NCBI GenBank assembly: GCA_011375175.1
Contig: DRME01000063.1
Coordinates: forward strand, 12,182-76,181
Direction: 5' to 3'
Source of the DNA: Deltaproteobacteria bacterium
GTDB lineage: Bacteria > Desulfobacterota > GWC2-55-46 > DRME01
DNA: 64,000 nucleotides
The position numbers were made by a program, and so were the translations under genes. Below, piece by piece: positions 57,348 to 64,000 of this stretch (within the stretch, counting starts at the first letter, position 1; each line of letters starts with the position of its first letter). The notes beneath the pieces are model-generated. The model saw only the letters and a list, made by a program, of their open reading frames with translations, searched no databases and was not told where the DNA came from.

Positions 57348-60296
57348 ATGGCAAAATCTGTCGGCAGGATCTACGGCTCGCTCAGCATCTCGTGGAAGAT
57401 GGGCTCCGTCTTTCTCCTGCTGCTGTTCATGATGGGCGTAGGCGGCTCCGTCGGTCTCTATAACGCCGTCAGGATCTCCGATGTCTCGGAGTACCTCTAC
57501 AACGACTACTTCCGCAGGGTCCAGACCCTCTCCAGGGCCGAACACGAGTACCTCCTGCTGCGCCAGGACTTCATACGCCACCTCGTGCTCGCCGCCGAGC
57601 CGTCGCCTTCCCGCCTCGACGGCCTCATAGAGAGCCGCCGCGCTTCACTCGACACGCTCCTCGCCGATTACAGGATCATGGGGGTGCCCCCGGCCCTCGG
57701 CCCGGCCTATGAGAAGGTCGAAGAGAGCCTATCGAGGTACATCGACGTCCAGCGGCGCGCCGTGGAGGCCCTGCGCAGCGGCGACGGCGGCCGGCTGAGG
57801 GCGCTTCTCGACAGGGAGGAGCCCGGCGCCTTCTCGGCCTGTCTCGACGCGCTCGGCTCCCTCACGGAGGCCGAGAAGAGGAGCGCCGCGCAGGTCTACA
57901 GCGGCATCTCCTCGTCCGTGGCCGTCACGAAGACCGTCACCCTCGGTCTCTCGGTGGCCGCCATCCTCATAGCCGCCGGCCTCTGGTACGTGCTCACGCG
58001 CTCCATCGTCCACCCCATAGTCACCATCGGAGAAGCGGCCAGGGACATCGCCTCCGGCGACCTCAAGAAACGGATACCCCCCCTTGAGAGTGAAGACGAG
58101 ATCGGAGCCCTGGCCCGGCGATTCAACACCATGGCCGAGTACCTCCAGGACTACTACGAGAGGCTGGAGCAGAAGGTCGAGGAGAGGACCGAGGAGCTGC
58201 GGCGCGCCAACGAGGAGCTCTTCACCCGCAAGCACGAGATCGAGATGGCCAACATGGAGCTCGAGGAGGCCAACAGGCACAAGAGCCAGTTCCTCGCCAA
58301 CGTGAGCCACGAGCTGCGCACCCCCCTCAACTCCATCATAGGCTTCTCCGAGCTCCTTCAGGAGCGGTACTTCGGCGAGCTCAACGAGAAGCAGGCCCAG
58401 TACGTGGGCTTCATCAACTCCAGCGGCACCCACCTGCTCGAGCTCATAAACAACATCCTCGACCTCTCCAAGATCGAGGCCGGCCGCATGGACGTGACCA
58501 TCGACGAGTTCCCGCTCCTTGAGGTCATTGGCGAGACCGTAGACTCGGTGAAGAACATGGCCCAGAAAAAGGGCGTGGAGCTCGGCTACAGGCAGGGCGA
58601 CGGCGGTCCCGTCGTCGCGGCCGACAGGGCAAAGCTCAAGCAGATACTCATAAACCTCCTCTCCAACGCCGTCAAGTTCAACCGCGAGGGCGGCTCCGTC
58701 TACGTGGACTGGCATATCCGGGAAGACCCCAAGGGGGACGCCACCGAGCGCTCGCTCTTCATCTCGGTGAAGGACACGGGCATAGGGATAAAGCAGGAAG
58801 ACCGCGGCAGGCTCTTCAAGGAGTTCGAGCAGATAGACCCTTCGTCCACCCGCGAGTACGGAGGCACGGGCCTGGGGCTCTCGCTCACCAAGAAGCTCGT
58901 GGAGCTCCATCATGGAGAGGTCATGGTCGAGAGCGAGTTCGGCAAGGGGAGCACCTTCACGGTGCGCCTGCCCCAGCCGGCGGCCAACGGCGGCGGGGCG
59001 GAGCCGGCGCCCGCCGTGGAGAGGCCCGGGGCCGAGACCGAGACACGGCGGCCGCTCATCCTCGTGGCCAGCGAGAGCGACGAGATAAACCGCATGCTCG
59101 ACGCCTACCTCGAGAGCGAGTCCTACCGGGTCGCAACCGCCTCGGACGGCGAGGACCTGCTCGTCAAGGCGCGCTCGGAGAGACCCTTCGCCATCGTCAT
59201 GAGCGTCAACATACCGAAAAAGGACGGCTGGGACGTGATGAAGGAGCTCAAGAGCGACCCGCTCACCTGCGAGATCCCCGTGCTCATCATCACTGTCTCG
59301 GACCGCAAGGAGCTCGGCTTCGCCCTCGGCGCCGTCGACTGCCTCGTAAAACCGTCGCCGGGGCGCGACGGGCTCGTGGACCTTCTCAGCCGGGTCGGCA
59401 CCGCGTGGCAGCCGCGCCACAAGCGCACGACCATCCTCATAGTGAACAGCGACGGCAAGGTCCTCGACTTCCTCGACCAGATGCTCAGGGGCGAGGGCTT
59501 CTCGGTCATAACGGCCCGGCGCGGCGAAGAGGCCCTGGCCCTGGCCCAGGAGCGCACGCCCGACATCATCATCATCGATCTCATGCTCGCGGGCCTGAGC
59601 GGCTTCGACGTCATAGACGCCCTCAAGGAGCACCCCATGACGAGGGAGATACCGGTCATGATATTCACGGCCAAGGATATAACCGAGGCCGACAAGGAGA
59701 AACTCGGCGGCGACATACAGAACATCCTCCACAAGTCGAAGTTCAAGAAGGAGGACCTCCTCTCGGAGATACACCTTCTCGAGATGGCCTACCCGGAGAA
59801 GGCCAACATGGTCGACCCCCTCACGGGACTCTTCAACAGGCGGTACTTCAACATCGTGCTATCGAGGGAGCTGAGCCGCTGCACCCGTTACGGCCACATC
59901 TTCTCGGTGCTTCTCGTCGACATCGACCGTTTCGACGAGTTCAACGTCTCCAACTCCTATCTCTCGGGCAACGAGCTCATAAAGAAGCTGGCAAGGAAGC
60001 TCAAGGGCAACGTGCGCAAGGCCGACACGGTGGTAAGGCTCGAGGACGACGAGCTGGCAGTGCTCATGCCGGGCATCACGGCCGACGAGGCGCTCAAGGC
60101 CGCCGAGAAGCTGAGGATAATGGTGGAGCGCATGAGCGTGCCCGCGGTCTCGGGCGACGGGAAGGGGGTCACGGTCACCATAGGCGTAATCGGCCTCCCC
60201 GTGGACGGCGAGGTGGACATCATGGAGGAGCTGCGCCGGTGCGTGCGCCGGGGGCTCGACAGGGGGGGCAACAGGACGGTGGTCTTCGGACGATAA
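57348..60296 (+). CDS. Hybrid sensor histidine kinase: TM–HAMP–HisKA–HATPase, two REC domains (the first with Ser in place of the phospho-Asp) and a GGDEF-like domain with a degenerate active-site motif
   Basis: It has H-box SHELRTPLNSI, an N/G-box GTGLGLSL, REC1 …AIVMSVNIPKKDG… (Asp→Ser) and REC2 …IIIIDLMLAGLSG…. The C-terminus is DPLTGLFNRRYF…VVRLEDDELAVL, where GG(D/E)EF is replaced by EDDEL. Confidence 0.85.
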   Translation: MAKSVGRIYGSLSISWKMGSVFLLLLFMMGVGGSVGLYNAVRISDVSEYLYNDYFRRVQTLSRAEHEYLLLRQDFIRHLVLAAEPSPSRLDGLIESRRASLDTLLADYRIMGVPPALGPAYEKVEESLSRYIDVQRRAVEALRSGDGGRLRALLDREEPGAFSACLDALGSLTEAEKRSAAQVYSGISSSVAVTKTVTLGLSVAAILIAAGLWYVLTRSIVHPIVTIGEAARDIASGDLKKRIPPLESEDEIGALARRFNTMAEYLQDYYERLEQKVEERTEELRRANEELFTRKHEIEMANMELEEANRHKSQFLANVSHELRTPLNSIIGFSELLQERYFGELNEKQAQYVGFINSSGTHLLELINNILDLSKIEAGRMDVTIDEFPLLEVIGETVDSVKNMAQKKGVELGYRQGDGGPVVAADRAKLKQILINLLSNAVKFNREGGSVYVDWHIREDPKGDATERSLFISVKDTGIGIKQEDRGRLFKEFEQIDPSSTREYGGTGLGLSLTKKLVELHHGEVMVESEFGKGSTFTVRLPQPAANGGGAEPAPAVERPGAETETRRPLILVASESDEINRMLDAYLESESYRVATASDGEDLLVKARSERPFAIVMSVNIPKKDGWDVMKELKSDPLTCEIPVLIITVSDRKELGFALGAVDCLVKPSPGRDGLVDLLSRVGTAWQPRHKRTTILIVNSDGKVLDFLDQMLRGEGFSVITARRGEEALALAQERTPDIIIIDLMLAGLSGFDVIDALKEHPMTREIPVMIFTAKDITEADKEKLGGDIQNILHKSKFKKEDLLSEIHLLEMAYPEKANMVDPLTGLFNRRYFNIVLSRELSRCTRYGHIFSVLLVDIDRFDEFNVSNSYLSGNELIKKLARKLKGNVRKADTVVRLEDDELAVLMPGITADEALKAAEKLRIMVERMSVPAVSGDGKGVTVTIGVIGLPVDGEVDIMEELRRCVRRGLDRGGNRTVVFGR

Positions 60297-60365
60297 GAGG
60301 CCGCCGGCTCGACTTCGGCGTCCGCCTTCCGGGGCGGGCCTGGTCACCGCGGACAACGCGGTGCC

Positions 60366-62438
60366 TCAGGAGCCGCCGTCTCTTCTCCCCCCTTGCCTCT
60401 TCCCCGAAGAGAGGGGAGAGGCCGACAACCCTTTTATGCGTCTTCGCACCTCGGCCATGACCCTTGCCGGAGGCTCCACGCCGCCGTAGCGGTGGGCCTC
60501 GAAGACCTCGGTCACGGCCCGCACGTGGGCCGAGCCGCACCTTGCCGCAAGCTCCGAGGGCGTCTCCGAGGGGCGACGCGGGAAGCCCTTCTTTTCAAGG
60601 ACCCTCAGCATCTCCCTGTAATAGGCGGGCGTGTCGCCGCCGGCGCCGGCCGGCCGGCCGTGGCGCCGGAGCGCGAAGAGCGCCGCCGCCGCGACGGCCG
60701 CCGTGGAGAGCGCCGCCGTAACGGGAAATCCTCCCCCGGCCCCCTCGCCCGCGCCCCATGCCCTGGCCCCCAGACCCTTGAGCCAGGTCCGCAGGGAGCC
60801 GAGCATCGAGCCGGCCCGGCGCTCGAGCCCGGCGGCGGCCCTCAACTGGTCGGCCGAGCTGTAGGTTACGACGTACTTTATCCACCTCCACCGCAGCGAG
60901 TCCATGAGGAGGGCCAGGGTCGATACCCCGGAGTCCGGGGCGGGCGCCTGGCCCGGCGTGGGGTCGAAGCGCATCCAGCCCGCCCCTTCGATATAGGCCT
61001 CGACCCACGTATGGGCGTCGCTGTTGCGCACCACCAGGTAGTCGCCGTACTCGTTCCACCGGCCCTGGAGAAAACCGGTCACGAGCCTCGACGGTATGCC
61101 GACGGTCCTGAGCATCACGGCCATGGCCGTTGCGTAGTGCTCGCAGTAGCCCTCCCTGGTGTGGAAGAGGAAGTCGCCTACCGGGTCTCCCGTGGGGCCG
61201 GGCGCCGGGTCGAGCGTATAGCGGTAGTTCTCCGTCAGGTGGCGTCTTATGGCCGAGGCGGCCTCGAGGTCGCCTGACGCATCGGCGGTCACGGTGCGCG
61301 CGAGCCCGGCCACCCGTGGCGATAGCCGCCGTGGCAGTTCCAGGTACAATCGGCGCTCGTTCCGCGCAAGCGCCGACCCGTCGCCGTTCACGGGACGGGA
61401 CCACACCCTGTACTCGGTCCTCGAAAAGGGAGGGGAGGGGAGACGGACCGCCCCCTTGGAGTCGACCCAGAGGTTCTTGAACCGTCCCTCCACGACGACG
61501 GCCCTGCCGGCGGCAAAGAGTGTCTCCGTCTCGAGAGGCTCGAGTACTATGCGCTGAGCGAGAAGCGCGCCTTGCGCGGCCCCGGCGAGCCGGAAGCGGC
61601 CGTTGCCGCCCCTCACGAGCCGCCGCTGCTCGAGGGCCTCGCTCCATTGCCTGCCGTCGAAGGTGTCGAGGGCCCGGCCCCGCAGGTAGAGCGGGGCGGG
61701 AGGAGAGCCGAGCCCCGGGAACTCCACCCTCATCACCACCGTGTCGTCGAGCTTGACGGGTCCCATCGCGCCGAGTTCGACGCTGTCGGAGAAGCCCGAT
61801 ATCTTGACGGTGTCGAGCGTTCGCGTCTGGAAGAAACCGGCCGCCATGCGGGGCAGGATGAAGAAGAGCCCCATGGTCATGACGAGGCACGCGCAGGTGA
61901 GCGCCGCGGTGTACAGGAAGAAGGACGGCCCCAGAAGTCCCGGCGGCGGCTCGGCGTCCGGCCGCCGGGCCGACTCCTCCCAGTCGCGCCTGAGGTTGAG
62001 CAGTATCATGGCCCAGATGGCGCCTATGACGAAGAGGGCGAGCAGGGCGAGGAACGCGGGGCTCACCGTGGAGGCGGCGGCCGAGAGGATGAGGAAGAGG
62101 ACGAGGACGAAGAGGAGGACGTAGTCGCGGGCGGCGCTCATGTCGAAGAGCTTGGCCGCCATGAGCACGGCGAGGAAGCGGGCGAGCGTGTCGATGAGGG
62201 AGGCCGACAGGGCGTAGTGAAAGGAGACGAACACGGCGAAGAGCACGAGGGCGAGGACGTTCCACAGGGCGCCGGGAAGCGGCGGCCTGCGCCTCAGGTT
62301 GACGGGCAGGCTCGCAAGGCAGGCCGCGGCCACGGCCGCGACGAAGCCGCCCCCGACGCTCTCTACGAGCATGAGCGCCGCAAGGCCCGCGGCCGTCATG
62401 ACGTAGGTCGTTATGAGAAGACAGGCGTGGAAGCTCAT
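60366..62438 (-). CDS. Transglutaminase-like membrane protein (TgpA-like)
   Basis: The ATG at 62438 overlaps the DUF58 stop (ATGA). It has an N-terminal multi-TM region and a C-terminal transglutaminase core GYCEHYATAMAVMLRTVGIPSRLVTGF…DAHTWVEAY (Cys-His-Asp). Confidence 0.75.
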   Translation of the reverse strand: MSFHACLLITTYVMTAAGLAALMLVESVGGGFVAAVAAACLASLPVNLRRRPPLPGALWNVLALVLFAVFVSFHYALSASLIDTLARFLAVLMAAKLFDMSAARDYVLLFVLVLFLILSAAASTVSPAFLALLALFVIGAIWAMILLNLRRDWEESARRPDAEPPPGLLGPSFFLYTAALTCACLVMTMGLFFILPRMAAGFFQTRTLDTVKISGFSDSVELGAMGPVKLDDTVVMRVEFPGLGSPPAPLYLRGRALDTFDGRQWSEALEQRRLVRGGNGRFRLAGAAQGALLAQRIVLEPLETETLFAAGRAVVVEGRFKNLWVDSKGAVRLPSPPFSRTEYRVWSRPVNGDGSALARNERRLYLELPRRLSPRVAGLARTVTADASGDLEAASAIRRHLTENYRYTLDPAPGPTGDPVGDFLFHTREGYCEHYATAMAVMLRTVGIPSRLVTGFLQGRWNEYGDYLVVRNSDAHTWVEAYIEGAGWMRFDPTPGQAPAPDSGVSTLALLMDSLRWRWIKYVVTYSSADQLRAAAGLERRAGSMLGSLRTWLKGLGARAWGAGEGAGGGFPVTAALSTAAVAAAALFALRRHGRPAGAGGDTPAYYREMLRVLEKKGFPRRPSETPSELAARCGSAHVRAVTEVFEAHRYGGVEPPARVMAEVRRRIKGLSASPLSSGKRQGGRRDGGS

Positions 62439-63454
62439 GGCTCCACCGTGACGGAGAGGGACGCCGCGGCGCTCCCCTCTACGGGCTCCGTGAGGGCGAG
62501 CGCGGTCAGCACGGCGCGCAGCTGCGCCGGACCGCCCCTCGGCGCAAGCCTCTCGCCGAGGGTGCGAAGCCCCACGCTGTAGCCCCGCTCGATGTAGTGG
62601 GCCGCAAGGCTCGCCGCCCGGTCCACGGCCTCCTCGAACTCCAGCTCCGCCCGGTCCGGCGCGCCGCCGGGGCGGTAGTTGTCGAAGCGTATGGTGACGC
62701 TGCGCTCGCTCTCGACCTCGGTCTCCCTGGCCAGCAGCCTCGCCGCCTTGGCCGTGGAGCGCCAGTGTATGCGCCGGGAGTCGTCGCCGAGGGTGTACTC
62801 GCGCAGCCCGTGAAAGTCGTGGCCCTCGCCGCGCCGGCCGCTGGAGGAGCCGTCGCGCCCGGCGGGGCCGCCTCTCCCGGCCGCCTCCACGGGCCTTACG
62901 GCCGGAAAGACGACGACCTCCTGGGGACGGCGGCAGAGCTTTCCCTTGGTGAAGAGACCGAAGGGAAAGCGGGTCGTGATCCTGAAGCCCTCGAGCCTGT
63001 AGCGCCCCCTCCTCGTGAAGAGATAGGTCGTCGTCACCAGGGCGTCCCCCCGCGGCGGCAGACGGAGCGCGTAGGCCGGGGCCGCCTCGAGCCCGGGCGT
63101 GTCCATCTCGCGGACCGTCACCGAGTAGGAGGAGAAGAGACGCTTGCCGTTGGCCACGGCGATCCCCACCGTCGCGGGCGAGCCCCTGTAAAGGCCGGCG
63201 GGCAGCCTCCGCCCTGCCGTAACGCCCCTCAACGCCGTCTCCGACATGACGCCCGAGATGACGATGAGCGAGAGCAGCGCCGCCGTGACGAGGTAGAGGA
63301 GGTTGTTGCCCGTGTTCACGGCCGCCACGGCGATGACCATGAGCAGCGCGAGAAAGCGCCTCCCCTCGCGCGTTATGCGCAGGGTGCGGGGAAGCCAGAA
63401 CTCCCTGCGGCCGGCGATGCGGGCCGCCCGCCCCCACAGCCCGGCCGCGACCAT
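62435..63454 (-). CDS. DUF58 family protein (MoxR-associated, vWA-like)
   Basis: It has …HDFHGLREYTLGDDSRRIHW…, the DUF58 signature. The N-terminal TM is typical. The start is chosen at the ATG at 63454 because upstream sequence is repeat-derived. Confidence 0.75.
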   Translation of the reverse strand: MVAAGLWGRAARIAGRREFWLPRTLRITREGRRFLALLMVIAVAAVNTGNNLLYLVTAALLSLIVISGVMSETALRGVTAGRRLPAGLYRGSPATVGIAVANGKRLFSSYSVTVREMDTPGLEAAPAYALRLPPRGDALVTTTYLFTRRGRYRLEGFRITTRFPFGLFTKGKLCRRPQEVVVFPAVRPVEAAGRGGPAGRDGSSSGRRGEGHDFHGLREYTLGDDSRRIHWRSTAKAARLLARETEVESERSVTIRFDNYRPGGAPDRAELEFEEAVDRAASLAAHYIERGYSVGLRTLGERLAPRGGPAQLRAVLTALALTEPVEGSAAASLSVTVEP

Positions 63455-63489
63455 GGCGAGCCAGGGAAGCGGCGCCGATATGACACTCT

Positions 63490-63888
63490 TCACGCACATC
63501 TTCTTGCTGGGGGGGACTCTCTTGTTATTCGGATCTTCGGCTGTGCCGGGAAGCTCGGCCCGCGCCAGGCGGGATTGTTACGCCTTTGCGGCCCGAGCTC
63601 CCCGGCACAGCCCCCCGAGGCAGCCGGCGCGGGCAGCCTGGGGGAAACTTTCTGTAGAAGGGCCATAGGCCCGAGGGCCACAGGCCCACGTTCCCCCCTC
63701 GTCCCATCGTATGTTATTCGGATCTTCGGCTGTACCGGGGAGTTCGGCCCGCGCCAGGCGGGGTTGTTACGCCTTTGCGGCCCGAACTCCCCGGCACAGC
63801 CCCCCGAGGCAGCCGGCGCGGGCAGCCTGGGGGAAACGGGGGTCTGAGACCCGTGGGTCCGAGACCCTTTACAAAAGGTTCTCTCAGT
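63490..63888. repeat. Composite palindromic repeat cluster, copy 5 (contains a ~190-bp internal tandem duplication)
   Basis: ttattcggatcttcggctgt[g/a]ccggg…ccccggcacagcc…cagcctggggga occurs twice head-to-tail. Each unit has a ~25-bp-stem hairpin (ggctgtgccggg…gcggcccgagctccccggcacagcc), plus gggggaaac and gggtctgagaccc modules. Confidence 0.8.
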
Positions 63889-64000
63889 CAAAGAGGGACT
63901 TTCACGTCATCGAGGATCTCCTCGATGACGAGGGCCGCGTTCCCGGCGGTTTCGAGCTCATAGCCTTCGGGTATTATTCTGTGGGCGAAGACGGGGACCG
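63889..64000 (-). CDS. MoxR-like AAA+ ATPase, C-terminal end (gene continues right of the window)
   Basis: The minus-strand translation ends …VPVFAHRIIPEGYELETAGNAALVIEEILDDVKVPL*. This matches the conserved MoxR C-terminus. The gene order MoxR–DUF58–TgpA is canonical. Confidence 0.55.

Noticed and set aside
60366-63497. Single 1043-aa minus-strand ORF spanning 60366–63497
   Set aside because: It is the transglutaminase frame extended upstream through the DUF58 gene region, which is encoded in a different frame (62435–63454), and into repeat sequence. The real transglutaminase starts at the ATG at 62438, overlapping the DUF58 stop.

Overview
This is a high-GC (~65–70%) bacterial chromosomal window. 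A ~46 kb cell-surface glycan/polysaccharide biosynthesis island (approx. 1627–47701) sits between housekeeping genes. On the left are prfA (partial), thyX and rpmE on the minus strand. On the right is the conserved ffh–rpsP–KH–rimM–trmD–rplS–rnhB–yraN cluster, then polA, a two-component pair (response regulator plus hybrid histidine kinase), and a minus-strand MoxR(partial)–DUF58–transglutaminase operon. The island encodes both ABC-transporter-type (Wzm/Wzt) and Wza/Wzc/Wzy-type export and polymerisation parts. It has a WbaP/WcaJ-type initiating phosphoglycosyltransferase. It carries several GT4 (group-1) and GT2 glycosyltransferases, and three GT2 (polyprenyl-phosphate-sugar synthase-like) plus polytopic GT-C-like membrane protein pairs. 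There are three GH99/WbsX-like domains, a NeuD/PglD-like acetyltransferase, two SAM methyltransferases, a CE4-like deacetylase and an SGNH esterase. The island is unusually rich in radical SAM enzymes. It has three tandem rSAM–SPASM paralogs and a B12-binding rSAM. It also has a 1365-aa ORF fusing a CapK/PaaK-like adenylate-forming ligase, three copies of an unassigned ~125-aa repeat module and an rSAM–SPASM domain. A fourth copy of that repeat module is the N-terminus of the adjacent methyltransferase. A secreted FN3/PKD protein with a Ser/Thr-rich linker and a Cys-initiated C-terminal anchor module lies inside the island. Intergenic regions hold a dispersed family of composite palindromic (REP/MITE-like) repeats at five or more sites, one with clear terminal inverted repeats. 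These repeats produce the spurious 'MKGVWGK…' ORFs in the six-frame track. A separate 106-bp minisatellite (~3.7 copies) lies downstream of yraN. No rRNA, tRNA or CRISPR array was recognised.
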